Assembly: GCA_054600435.1 (NCBI GenBank)
Contig: BAAIJX010000019.1
Span: forward strand, 1-64,000
From: Neophaeotheca triangularis
Taxonomy: Eukaryota
Reading direction: 5' to 3'
DNA: 64,000 nucleotides
Made by a program: the position numbers and the translations under genes. Within the stretch, counting starts at the first letter, position 1. Each line of letters opens with the position of its first letter. Below, one piece after another: positions 19,583 to 31,559 of the stretch. Below the pieces are notes generated by a model. That model had not been told where the DNA came from. It saw only the letters and a program-made list of their open reading frames with translations, and ran no database searches.

Positions 19583-21714
19583 CGTTCACTACTCGCAGTG
19601 AATTTGAGGTCTGTTAACCTTCGACCACTAAGGCTCTGGCCGTGCCCGTGTACTGAGACCTGAATGCTCGTCAACAGCTCATGTATTGCTGATCCCCAAT
19701 TAACCGGACTTGGTGACACACATCGACATCTCGTCCCCGAGCCCCTCGTGATCCTCCGGTTCAAATCACAACACCATTTGCCAAAATCCGACCTGTACTG
19801 GTAGCTCGACCTGGCCGTCCTACTTGCGCATATTAAAATCTTTCTTATACGGCCCTGCACTGGCCCTCCAATCGCCGTACATCCTCGGTGCCCCCCTCCC
19901 GTTGCCATCGTGCCGCCTGCACATCACGAACCGCAGATTGCGTCTCCCGGAGATGGGCGCCAAGCCGCTAGGGTACGCTTAAAGGAACGACGTACCCTGA
20001 ACCTGTGCAATCGAACACCTTTTCATCGCATCGCTCAATCCCGTCCCAGCCTGCGCAATAACCAGATCAAGCTCCCCGTTCGGATATATGACCATACTTG
20101 CTCTCCGCGTCAATGGTATGGGCGCACGATGCTCGTCGATGATTCCCCGAACGACTCACATGGATGGAGATTCCCAGCGAAGACGGCGTTGAACTCCTCT
20201 CTTGTTAGGCTTGGCCACGGTTACGTCTGGGACCAGGTAGCTGCCTCCTCACCCGGTCTAATGCCAGCGCACCAGCGCACGACGAGCGATCCGAGAAGGC
20301 AATCGTAAGCGTCGCTGCGAGCGAGACCAGGAAGTGCAATTCGCATTCAAGCCCTCGTGCAGCCGCGCCGCAGCGCAGCTGTCCCAGCGAACTGCTTTCT
20401 GTCGGTCCCGCCGCGGTGTCCGTGCCCCGTGGGTAAGGCGCACGAATGCTGCCTCTTGGGACGATGGGAACCCTTCGACACATTCATTGCCGGCACTGAG
20501 TTGACGCCTTGTGGGCGGCGATTGCATATGCTGCTAGCGGAAGGGAAGTATGGGCTATTTCAGTAGAAGGCTCTCAGCGGCTTTATGCACTGCTGAAGCA
20601 GACATGGTCGCCCATGTACAGTACAAGACCTTCTCACGCCTCAACCTCTCCTGGTGTCTCATGCAATAGCCGCGCTTGATATAGCAAGTCATCCTGACTC
20701 CGCATCGGAGTTGGCAGATAAGCGTGAGGTTGAGCTTCACATTCCCTAACTTCATTCCCCCCCCCGGGACCCGCGCTGCGCTCTTTCCTGCTACCGACGC
20801 CTCCTTGCCTATCATATCATGCATGCTATCGATACTGTTGCCGGATTGGGACCCCGGATTGCGGTTGGCACGGCTACAAAAAGGGCATCCCTCCATCCGG
20901 AACTCCCTCGGCACTACACCCTGTTCAACATCCTCTTCCTCTTCTCCACCCACCATCACCACTCCTGCCTGACCTTACCTTACCTCGAGGCATACCTACA
21001 TCACCATCAAAAGCATCAAAATCACTTTCAACACACTACTACCACACTACTACTACACTAATTGCCACTCCATTGTCAACACCGTTAGCAAAGCCACGGA
21101 GCAAGTTGACACCTTCCGTCCGCACTGCAAGGCGACGTTTCAGTTGACGGGATTTACTGCGGCCGCTCACTACGCGGCTTCCGTCTCAGGTGAGTCTAGA
21201 CCTGCGCCCACTTTCCCTTGCCTACTTCAGGCCCTCCTCTGGCCGTTAGTCACCATTTATCCTACATCTACTTCGGCCCCCACTCCTAGTCTCCTACTTC
21301 CACTTCTACTCTCCACTACCACATCTCTTTCACTATCACTCACAGAATCCTAGACAATACCACAACTGCAACTACAACCACATCCACATCCACATCCACA
21401 GCACATCCGGCACTCGCTCACTGCACGAGCTCTCGGTCAGTAACTACTACATACTACCTACAGTGTTTCTAGTACATTGAGCCGAAGTCTTCAAGCCGGC
21501 TCTGCACTGAAGACTACAAGCCTCTTAGGAGTGAGCTTATTTACAGCCTCCTAGCCTGGGCCCAATCTCCTTTATTTTTTTTTTCTACCTTCGCGCTTCC
21601 TCTACAAGACTGAATACATTGCAGCGTTAGCAAATAGAGCGATACTTACTCATTTGACCCCTCGCAGTTACGGCTTTCTAACCGGGATCAGTGAAGTCCC
21701 GAAGCTTGCCCATC

Positions 21715-24700
21715 ATGGCAGAGCGCGAGGTTTCGGGAGCCAGCCCACGGACTGACCATGTGGACGCCACGATGCTGAACGAGCTCGACATCCCGGAACA
21801 CAGTACAGATGCGAAGGCCGCCGGAGACTCCTCCGTTCCGAGATTCGTGGCTGGTGCTATGACCGCTCTTAAAGCTCCCACGGACGATGTCGAGCCAGTC
21901 AAGAACGAGCTTGATGCCGCTGCTAGCACTCAAATTGAATCTAACGATTCTGAGGCCACTACCGCTTCCACTGAGAAACACGCAGGCCCCGTACCCAACG
22001 ACACGCCTATGCCTGATGCGCCGGAACTTGGTACGCTAGAGCCTGGCTTGTTTGTGAGCACCGCTGCTACTACGGTCGCTCAGCCTCGGAAAAAAAGACT
22101 GGGCGGGCAACTCTCTCTCGGCGGCCTCCAACACAGCGAGCACGGCATTCCTAGGCTGACGGCAATGCAAGATTTAATTGGCCAAGCAACGAAAGGCAGT
22201 GCTCAGCTTCCTCTAGGAGAAGATGTGCTTGATTATGACGCGAGTCCTCCTTCACCTAATGGGACTGAGCCTTCCCAGACAGCTGGTCAAGCGACGGCTA
22301 AAACGAAGACTCCCACGAAAGCAACGAAAAAGCGCAAGGTCACGGAAGCGGAGAAGGCGTTGAAGAAGCTAGTGGCAGATCATGCGCAGAGGAAGAAGGC
22401 AGGGGAGGTCCGATTGGAAGACGAGATTATGTTCATGAAGGAGAAGAACAATGCGGAAATCAGGTATCTACAAGCGAAGAACGATTCTGAATACGATCCG
22501 GGCTCTCCTTCTCCGTCTATCATCGAAGACAACACCCTGTCACCGGGTCAAACCGAGGACTTCGCCGCTGCCCCTTACCAGGAGTCATCCGATGAGGAGG
22601 ATCCGACAGCGCCGAAAAAGCGCGGGTGCAAGAGGAAAGCCAACACTGGGGCAGACGGCCAAGGTGGGGCTAAGAAGAAGAAGACGACGAGGGCGTCCAA
22701 GAAGGCTCGCGGCAAATCTGCCGCTGAGGTCGCCGAGGACGATGATGGGGGCGACCTCTTTGAGAAGGCCTTCCCCACTTCCAAACAGGGCAAGGGCGCC
22801 AAGAAGGCCCCTAAGAAGGCCGCCGAGAAGAAGAAGAAGAAGAAGCCGTCTGGTCCTACTATGACCAACACCGATTCATTGTTCGACGGCGCCGATGTCT
22901 TCCAAGACACTGCTGCGACTGCAGATCTTGCGGCTCAGCCAACCTTCGGCGCCACCAACAGAAAGGATGAAGCTATGAAAGAGCTTATGGCGAGTATCCC
23001 CACCCAAGACAAAGACAGCAAGGATGTTTCCAGAGCCGACCAGAAAGCCCTAAAGGACGCCATACGGGCCTTTGAGGGTACTAACCAAGTGGTCAAGCCC
23101 GCCGAGGGTGGACTCTGGAGTGTACGTGGATTACACAGTGCATTAAAGGCGTATCAGATTCTAGGTGTTGGTTTCATGAAGATGCGCGAATCTGGTTCCA
23201 AGGATCCCCGAGGGGGCATCCTAGCCGATACGATGGGACTTGGCAAGACCCTGCAGGTGCTCTGCTGTATCGTGAATGGGCTACCTGAGCGTAGGAGCAA
23301 ATCTACCAGGGCTCGTGGCACTACTTTGATCGTCAGCACTCCCGCCATCATCAGCCAATGGTTCAGCGAGATACAGAAGCATTGCAAAGACTCCCGGGAA
23401 GACAAGCGCCATGGTAAGTCTTAACTCGCCAGGGGATACTTGCAGGATACTAATACACTATAGGTCTTGGCCGTGTCATGGTCTACAAGCCACAGAAGTG
23501 CAACGATGAAGTAGCGCTTCTCGGAGAATGCGACATCGTACTGACTACATACCATCAAATCTCTCGCAGCTATCCTCGAAGAGCCGACTGCCCTCCGGAG
23601 CTGACGACCGCCAAGCAGAAAGACGCTTGGTGGGAACAACACCTTCAAGAGAATCGTGGCGTCTTCCACCGGATGAAGTGGCTACGAGTAGTGCTAGACG
23701 AGGCTACGGCTATCAAGAATCACAAGTCCCAGACTAGCATTGCGTGCCGGGGACTAGACGGGAAGCACAAGTGGGCAGTTTCTGCTACTCCGATGATGAA
23801 TAGGGCCTCCGAGCTCTACCCATAGTAAGCATACCGGCTCCTCGCTTGTTCTGTACCTCTGCTAACAGTGGATGTAGCTTGAAGTTCATTGGTCAGCCGA
23901 TGACCGGAACGATGCGCCTCTTCAAGCAAAATTACTGCTCTCCTGATGACCCGGATGGCAGGAAAAAACTAGCTGCCGTTCTCAAAGTCGTGTGTATTAG
24001 ACGAACCCATCTGGACACGCTGTTCAATGCACGCCTCCTCGATCTTCCAAAGCCAACCCAACACAACGTTTGGCTAGAGTTCAACGCAATCGAGAGGACC
24101 ATCTACGATATCGTGCGCCGTCGATTCATAATGCGCATCAACTCCATCTCTCGCAGCGGTCAGCTGAAACAAAAACACCGCCACGTCTTCTCCCTGCTCC
24201 TTCGGCTTCGCCAGCTTACTTCCCACGTCTTGCTCTGTGCTGGCCCGATTGTGGACCTTTTGGAGCTGGAGGATTACGAACGCCTAAACGAGCTATGCAA
24301 ATCAGAGACAGAGATCTATGGGCAGCAGAGGGAGCTACTCCACCAGCTTCGAGATCTTCTTGGAAAGGCTAAGGGCATCGATGCTGGCAATCCTGATTAC
24401 CCTACCACAGAGAAGGTGGCTCTCCCAAGTGGAACAGTGGATCCAACCCCAAGCGCTACCGGAGGAACCCACGGTCTGACGTTCCAGTTTGGCAAATACC
24501 TCAAGAACCTCAGGAATTCCCACGCCTTCGAAGATGTAGTCCAGCGGGCATTGTGCGTGGCGTGCCGCCAGACCCCAGATGACCCAATGATCACATCATG
24601 CTTTCATCTGTATTGCAAAGAGTGCCTTACCTCGATGCAACACATAGCGGCTCGCCGAGGTTGCGATGCTTCCGTCTGCGCCGAGTGCGGCTCTACCTAC

Positions 24701-25573
24701 GATGAGACCCGGCCAATTGACCAAAAGATGCTTGAGGACGCAGCTACTAGCAATCCTGATGAGAGCGGGACTTCTCGAAGCAAGAAAAAAGAGACTGTTG
24801 ATGACTGGACAAAGATGTCAGGCCCAGTACTCCCTTCGGCCAAAACCGTGGCAATGAAAGCCCAGATTCTTAACTGGCTCTCCGAGGATCCAAAGGTCAA
24901 GATCATCGTCTACACCCAATTCATTGGTCTCATTGGTATGATCGACAGAATATGCAGAACGGAAAAATGGGGATGCTGTTGCTACTCTGGTAGAATGTCC
25001 CCAGAGGCTCGGGAGAAGAGCATCCGTGATTTTGGCGAGGATCCCGAGAAATCGGTCTTGGTGGCCTCTTTGAGATGTGGTGGGATGGGCCTCAACCTGA
25101 CTATGGCCTCCAAAGTGATCTGTAAGTCTTGCTCTCGGCGCGTGGAGGAGATGTGGAGGATGCTGACTAGGCCGTAGGCATCGACCCCTGGTTCAACAAA
25201 GCCGTTGAGCAACAGGTTCGTGTCTTTTGTTGTCGACCAAACTTTTACTGGGGCCCTCGCTAACAGTTACTAGGCTTTTGGGCGGGTACACCGAATTGGG
25301 CAGTCGAGGGAAACTGACATGGTTCGTCTGTGCGTCAGAAACACTATAGACGCTGACCTCGACACAATGAAAGAGATCAAACAAATCGAGATAGACGACG
25401 TTGTCGATGGGAATGTAGACATGACAACGCCAGAAATCATGCGCCTTTTCGGTCGAGTGGATATGGATGAAGAAGGGCGACATTTCATCATTCCTGAGAC
25501 GGAAGACGAGGGACCTAGGATGCCAAATGTGGATGAGGACGATGAGTTCCAGGATATGGGCAATGAAGAATAA
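21715..25573 (+). CDS. SNF2-family ATPase with RING finger (Rad5/Rad16/Uls1-type); exons 21715-23413, 23464-23824, 23878-25121, 25178-25215, 25274-25573
   Basis: Motifs GGILADTMGLGKT, VVLDEATAIKN, SATP, RING CVAC..C.H.YCKEC..CAEC, SLRCGGMGLNLT, DPWFN..VEQQAFGRVHRIGQ. All four GT-AG introns preserve the frame. Confidence 0.9.
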
Positions 25574-26747
25574 CTATTGGAGGGTATGAGGATGACTTAC
25601 GACTGGGCTAGAATGGGAATCTGGGTTGGTCTGACCGGGTCGGGAGTTGAATAGGATTGGGGGGAAACAGAATGGCAGCATACATTCCCAGCATGGTTAT
25701 CTTCAAGATCTTACGATCTACATACTTACTCAAAAAAGCGATTAACGATCAAAAAAAGCGTCCCATTTCTCCTTGTCGCTGCCAAGTAAATCTTCTGTGA
25801 ATTCTTTTACCCTCCCGGCGAAGTTCCTGATACTTGTTGGCTTGCCGTTATAAGCTCTACGTCGCTCTACTTAGGGGTCTAGCTAGATTTCAACAAGGCA
25901 CTGCTACCGAGGAAGACGATGCCAGCACCGCCCGGGACAAGTTACAGCAATTTAGTATGCCTTTCCGTTGTATTCGCATTTTACAACTAGCATTCGGCCT
26001 ACGTCTCGCTGCCAATGCTTCCCTGACTGCACTTCAATAGGTCCTCCTCGGCCACATCATCGGTAAGTTCAGGACTAGCATCTGTCCGATGTCCCGCTGG
26101 TCAACTTCTCCTGGCCCTTCTTTGCCACGGAACCATTACCCCCTGACTTCATGGGTGTCGCCGCCCGGGAGAGCTTTTGAGATCTGGCTTTCCGGCATCT
26201 TGGCACCTGAAACCCCTTTCTCGGCGGAATCAACAGCAATCCCTAAGCTGGCATTTGGTCCGAGTCTCGCTGTCTACCTTCTCCTCGCCACGTTTCGATG
26301 TGGGTATCCTGCTGAATCTTCCGGATGGTATTGCTTGGGATGCCCATCTAACAGTTTAAAATGGAAAAAGGGCAAATAGGGCAAATAGGAGGTACTAAAG
26401 CACAAGGAAACCTAGGTCCCTCGCGGGACCCAGTGAGTGGAGTAGTAACTATCTAATCTAACTAACTTAGAAAAGATTCCAAGCCAGAGAGAAGAGGAAG
26501 TGGGGGTATCTTACAAGCGCTTAACCGCGCTCTGAGAAGAAGAAAAAAAAAAACATCGCTCGGCCCACAGGCAACCCGAATCCCTTAAAACAACGCCAGC
26601 GGACCTCGTAGATTCCCCTCTCCACTCCGTGGGAGCAGAAGAAGGGGCCCGGGCACATCGCACAAGGCAAAAACGCCGATCCGGAACGCCGCGCTAACAT
26701 AACACTTTCACAACTCATTACTCGCAAACCCGCCATCTGGTGTCCCG

Positions 26748-29700
26748 CTAACGAACCAACTCGGCAATCTTGCCAGCCACGGCGCTAGGGTAACCCCTTC
26801 CAAGCGCCTCACGGACAACACCCTTTGCGCTCTCGCGATCCTCCGCGGCCAAATAGGCGCGGACCATGGCCTCGTAAGTGCTGGGTTCGCGCTTGGATTT
26901 GGGCAAGCGCTGGAAAGCTTGCTCAGCTTTCGAGAGGTCCTTTTCGGCTGTCCAGCCGTGGATGAGGGCGTTGGCGATGTAGGGGGTGAAATCGACGTGG
27001 CGGGCGGCCATGTCTGCAAGGAGTTGGGTGGAAGAGGAGGCGAGGGCGTGGTTGGCGTTGAGGGCTTCGAGGAGGGCTTGGTAGAGGCAGGGTTGGGGGC
27101 GGGTTTTGTTGGCGGCGAGGACCGTGTCGAAGAGGGTACGGGCGGCGGGTAGGTCGTGCTGAACGCAGCCCTTGGCGTGGATCAGGGAGGAGTAGTGGAC
27201 GGCTTCGGGTTGAATGTTGCTGGCGGCCATGGTGTCGATTACGGCTTCGGCCGCGGGCATGTTGATGGGTTCAAGGGTAGCGTGGGTGTCGATGAGGAGT
27301 TTGTAGGTGTGCAGGGTGGGCTCGATGCCGCGGGCGAGCATGCGGTCGTAGTAAGAGAGGACCTTGGCCTTGTCGCGCTTGGTGGTGAGGAAAAATTGCA
27401 TCAAGCTGTGGTATGGTGCTGGACGGGGCTTATAATTTGTGCAGCTTTCCATTTCCTCGAAGATTTCTTCAGCAAACTTCTCGTCGCTGACCCGGCAGAG
27501 GGCGTTGACGACAGTGCCGTAGGTGACGGAGGTCGGTCGGACACCGCTGTTGCGCATTTCAGCGAAGTAGAATAGGCAGTCGTCGATGCGGCGGGCCTTG
27601 CCGAGCTTGCCAATCAGAGCATTGTAGAGGAATGAGGACGGCTCGACACCCTCTGCCTTGGCGCGCTGGAAGATCTTGACAGCCTCGGAAGCTTCGTCAA
27701 AGGTCTTGGTGTTTTCCTTCAGTGTCGTAATGTATAGCCCAAAAGTGTTGGCAGAAGGCGCAGCACCCGTGTCGAGAAGGTCCTGGTGGTAGCTGGCAGC
27801 GAGATCGCGGCGGCCCATGTTCAAGCAGCCGGCGATCATGTGGTCCAAAATTTGTTGCCAGCCAAAGCATACCACACGGTAGACCATGTTGAAGGGCACA
27901 TCTTGCTTGGCCATCTCTAAAACGTCCGTGGCCAGGGTGAGATTATTGTTCTCTTTGGTGGCGGCTTCGATCAATTTGCCATAGGTGAATATCCTCGGGA
28001 CCCGACCAACACGGCGCATGTTGCGAAACTTGGTGAGAGCCTCGTTCATGCGGCGGCCTTGAGAGCGCTCCAGAAGCTCGTTGATCATATTGGAGCCCTT
28101 GACGTCAGTTTTTGCCGCGTAAGGGTCGTAGGTGTCGTGAACAGCAGGAACAGGAGGCTGCTGGAAAGGCACGGCGGCAGCGAATGGCGCTGGCGTGAAG
28201 GCTGGTGTCTTTGGGTAGCGGTAGTTATTCCAAAGCGTCGAAAGCTCGGGGCGGTCAATGTTGATCAGTGTCTTCTCAATCATGTCCTCGGTTTCCATGG
28301 TGGGCATGATCGAGCGCGAAACTACAGTCTCCAACAAACAACCAAAGCGGGCCGGGCCAGCGATGTCATCAGCAGCCTCTTCCAAAATCATACTGGCCTG
28401 CACGCGCAAAAGAAACTCCGCGTCGGGGTTTGAAAGGCGTGAAATCTGGTCAGGCCCAAACTGTGCGACAATGTGCGCAGCAGCAGATTCGGGCAAGGGG
28501 CCATTGTCAAGCAACATGCGCAGAAGCTCAACGTTCACGGAAGGCTGCACAGTGGCCGAGCTTCGCAAGGTGAAGTTGACAATAACCTGAATTGCTTCAT
28601 CAATGGTTTCGGCAGCTTCAGCTTGCTTGCTCTCGGACTGCTGATCGCGGACACGGGCAAACATGCGGCGACTGTGACGCAGGCCAAGTTCGGCCCGACC
28701 AACAGCAATCAGGGCCATAGCGCGCATAGTCGTGGGCTCGATCAATTCGAGAGAAGCCGAAGACGACTCCAAAATCCTCCAGTACGTTTCAGCAGCTTCG
28801 ACATTGGCGTTGCGGATATGCATAGCGAGCATCGCAGTGGCTGGCTCCAGGAGGTCGGAATTGGTTTCAGCCAAAGCGTCAAAAGCCTCCAAGCTCACGT
28901 CGGGCATATTCTTGTCCGCAGCCATTACACAAATAGTTGCCATGGCGTGCGTAAACGCGCGACCCGCCAATGAACGCGTCAAATCAAAGGCATCGCGGAA
29001 GGTGTCGTCCTTGAGAGCCAAGGGAAGGAGAGCCTGGGAAGCTACGACCTCACGGAGTTGCGCGAGTTCTGCTTCACTGGCGATCTCCCCCTGGATGTCG
29101 GCCAAAAACTTCAAGCCGCCCTTTAGGCGATCGGACAAACCGTAGGCCTTGATGAGAGCTGCATAAACCTGGTTGTCATTGCGCTCGATACTGTTCAGGC
29201 CTGCATTGTTGTCCACAGCCAAGTCTTTGTACTGGTCGTAAACCTCCACGGCGTTGCGCAGGTCACCATTAGTTCCGAACGCCGTGATCAGAGATGGGTA
29301 GATGCTCGAGTGGGGCTCAACGGAGCGGGTTTCCATGTAGTGGTAGACCATATCCACGTCCTCATAGCGCCCTTGCTCAGCGCAAGCAACAAGCAGAGCA
29401 GCGCAAGCCTCGCTCGGGAGAATCCCGGGGGCCTTTCGAGCTGCCTTTTCGAACATTTTGACTGCAATTGTGAGCGAGCTGTCCTCTTGGAGCATTGCGT
29501 ATTCGGATTGGTTTGATCTAAACATGAAGTTTCCAGATTCGTCCTGGCCGCCGTAGCGGATCAAGCGCGACTCCAAGGCCTTGCGGGAAGCCTGAGTGTC
29601 CGCCGCACGTTTAGACAGCACCTCGATCATGGTGCCGTACGTCGCAAGATCAGGCACAACTCTCCTCTTCAGCATGTCCGAGTAGACTTCCAGAGCCTTG

Positions 29701-30617
29701 GGGGCCTTGAGGTCCTTACTTGTGGTGAGCTCAAGGACCGAGCTCAGCAGTGCGCGGTAAGCAGTAGGGGTCGGTTTCTGCACGCCCGAGAGAAGCATGG
29801 ACTGAAAGGCTGGGAGAACCTCAACATGTCGCTTGTCTTGGGCCAGCGCAAGAAGTTGATCGGCGTAGTGGTCAGCCTCGCTCTTCGGGGCGTCAGACAC
29901 GGCGAAAGATGTCGCCGGGCTTGTGCTGGCAGCTCTTCCGGACGCGAGGGAAAATCCAGCTTCCGAGCCGTCCATCTCGCCAGCCACGGAAGCTTCCTTT
30001 GACTTCTGAACCTCCTCGGCAAGAGCATCGTCAACCTGCGCCCTGGCAGCAGCCTGCACAAGATCATCCTTAATGGCCTTGTCGAAGTCGTTGAGGGCGC
30101 TCGTAGTGTATGATCGCTTCATGAGCGGCGCAGGCACATCGATCGCCGTCTTCTCCTCCTTGACGTCCTCCACCACAGCAGCCTTCTTGCTGCTCTTCGC
30201 CTTGCCATTCTCCGGCACAGTAGTCGGTGGCTGCCATTCTATCCTCTTTGCAAACTGAAACTGAGGCCACTCCTTGACATCGCTCTTCTGGTGCTTCTGA
30301 AACGCCTCATAATACTGCGCTAACCCAGCGTCGCCCTGGTGCGCTGCCTCCGGCTTAGAGCCAGATGACTGCGGAGCGGCCGCAGAGCTAGCCTGGCGAA
30401 CATTGTCGGCCTGTTGGTGGAGGTTTTGAAGGCGAGTCTTCTCTGCTTTACGGAAACGGCCGATGAAGTTGTCCGCTAGCGGAGTAGCAGAGAAGTTCTG
30501 TGCGGCGTTGGAGGACTGGGTGGCGGCGACAAAGGTCTGAATACCACCGTGGTTGAAGGTTTTGAGTGCAGTAGATGCGATACGAGAAGCGTGGAGGGCT
30601 GGCTTCACGTAGGGCAT
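26748..30617 (-). CDS. cya5: Mitochondrial pentatricopeptide-repeat translation regulator, CYA-5/Pet309-like (COX1 translation)
   Basis: Tandem PPR motifs (FLYNALIGKLGKARRIDDCLFYFAEMRNSGVRP, VTYGTVVNALCRV, HTYKLLIDTH) and a presequence-like N-terminus. Intronless 1289 aa. Confidence 0.82.
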   Translation of the reverse strand: MPYVKPALHASRIASTALKTFNHGGIQTFVAATQSSNAAQNFSATPLADNFIGRFRKAEKTRLQNLHQQADNVRQASSAAAPQSSGSKPEAAHQGDAGLAQYYEAFQKHQKSDVKEWPQFQFAKRIEWQPPTTVPENGKAKSSKKAAVVEDVKEEKTAIDVPAPLMKRSYTTSALNDFDKAIKDDLVQAAARAQVDDALAEEVQKSKEASVAGEMDGSEAGFSLASGRAASTSPATSFAVSDAPKSEADHYADQLLALAQDKRHVEVLPAFQSMLLSGVQKPTPTAYRALLSSVLELTTSKDLKAPKALEVYSDMLKRRVVPDLATYGTMIEVLSKRAADTQASRKALESRLIRYGGQDESGNFMFRSNQSEYAMLQEDSSLTIAVKMFEKAARKAPGILPSEACAALLVACAEQGRYEDVDMVYHYMETRSVEPHSSIYPSLITAFGTNGDLRNAVEVYDQYKDLAVDNNAGLNSIERNDNQVYAALIKAYGLSDRLKGGLKFLADIQGEIASEAELAQLREVVASQALLPLALKDDTFRDAFDLTRSLAGRAFTHAMATICVMAADKNMPDVSLEAFDALAETNSDLLEPATAMLAMHIRNANVEAAETYWRILESSSASLELIEPTTMRAMALIAVGRAELGLRHSRRMFARVRDQQSESKQAEAAETIDEAIQVIVNFTLRSSATVQPSVNVELLRMLLDNGPLPESAAAHIVAQFGPDQISRLSNPDAEFLLRVQASMILEEAADDIAGPARFGCLLETVVSRSIMPTMETEDMIEKTLINIDRPELSTLWNNYRYPKTPAFTPAPFAAAVPFQQPPVPAVHDTYDPYAAKTDVKGSNMINELLERSQGRRMNEALTKFRNMRRVGRVPRIFTYGKLIEAATKENNNLTLATDVLEMAKQDVPFNMVYRVVCFGWQQILDHMIAGCLNMGRRDLAASYHQDLLDTGAAPSANTFGLYITTLKENTKTFDEASEAVKIFQRAKAEGVEPSSFLYNALIGKLGKARRIDDCLFYFAEMRNSGVRPTSVTYGTVVNALCRVSDEKFAEEIFEEMESCTNYKPRPAPYHSLMQFFLTTKRDKAKVLSYYDRMLARGIEPTLHTYKLLIDTHATLEPINMPAAEAVIDTMAASNIQPEAVHYSSLIHAKGCVQHDLPAARTLFDTVLAANKTRPQPCLYQALLEALNANHALASSSTQLLADMAARHVDFTPYIANALIHGWTAEKDLSKAEQAFQRLPKSKREPSTYEAMVRAYLAAEDRESAKGVVREALGRGYPSAVAGKIAELVR

Positions 30618-30636
30618 TTAGTAGGTGGGAGACCCT

Positions 30637-30690
30637 TCAGATTCGAAGGGAAGGGAAGGGATCCGATGATAGCGCAAACCGCAGGTTCAT
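30637..30690 (-). promoter_or_regulatory. Candidate 17-codon uORF (MNLRFALSSDPFPSLRI*) in the PPR gene 5' leader
   Basis: ATG at 30690 and TGA ending at 30637, 19 nt before the main ATG. It is only a uORF if transcription starts upstream of 30690. Confidence 0.45.
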
Positions 30691-31559
30691 TTGACGACGG
30701 GTCGCCAAACAAACGCGCTTCCTAAGGGGTGTGAATAACGGATTAGGCGTGGTGATTGTTCGTGTTATAGGGGGTCGATCTCGAGTCGTAGTCTTGTCGT
30801 CAACGTAGCATCAAGGGACAGGTATAGGTAGTAGACACGAAGAAAGGGGGAGAGAGAGGTAAGATAGGAGGATAGTTGGTGGTAAGGTGACGCGACAGAA
30901 ATGTAATGCAGCAGCCTACCTACTAATAATGATACATACCAAAACTAACTACCTCCTACTGCCTCCTCCATACTGGTTGCTCTCGTAATCCAGCAGCCCG
31001 GTGTTTTTCGTTGACGCTAGCTCGAATGGGTTTGGCGCAGATAACCGGCCGGAGACGGAGACTTCTTTGCGCGATTTGCGACTACTGTCGACTACCTCTA
31101 AGCTCTAGGAGGTAGCATCGCATCTCCCATGTCCATCCGCCACCGGGCAACTTCCATTGCCTTCTGCCGTCATCCCTGAGCAAGCTTCCTCTCATTGTCT
31201 TACTGTACCTCAGGTAACTTACCACCGGGAGGCCGTGTGAGTGTCTTGTCGTACACTGAAGCAAGGCCAATTGAACCTGGTCTTGGCGAGTACACCCGGC
31301 ACCACCACTGCTCTAAAGCTTGAAAAGCTCCAAGCTACAAGGACGGGAGTGAGAAAGGATTGCAACGAAGCATCCCGCAAACTCCCCCCCAGAACTCTTC
31401 AAGATCTTCACGTCATCTGCTCGCCCCGACTACTAAGCAACGTCCGGAAGAGACGCCCCTGTACAGCACCTCTTGCCTTGTGACCCATCCATCATCTACG
31501 AAACTGCCCGAAAGTGCGGAGAACTGCTACCAAGCTCTCTGAGCTCTCTTCTACCCTCA

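Noticed and set aside
19910..20972. ORFs 19910-20308 (+), 20555-20962 (-) and 20724-20972 (+)
   Set aside because: No family resemblance or coding-like codon usage; some start at non-ATG codons, which are unlikely in a fungus.
21715..25573. Possibility that the SNF2-RING gene is a DNMT5-type methyltransferase fusion
   Set aside because: The N-terminal region is low-complexity and K/E/A-rich, with no cytosine methyltransferase motifs.
26415..26430. Hairpin GGTCCC-TCGC-GGGACC next to CTAG as a Helitron 3' end
   Set aside because: The stem is only 6 bp, the spacing to CTRR is wrong, and there is no Rep/helicase remnant. Its similarity to the 62667 inverted repeat is too short to be meaningful.
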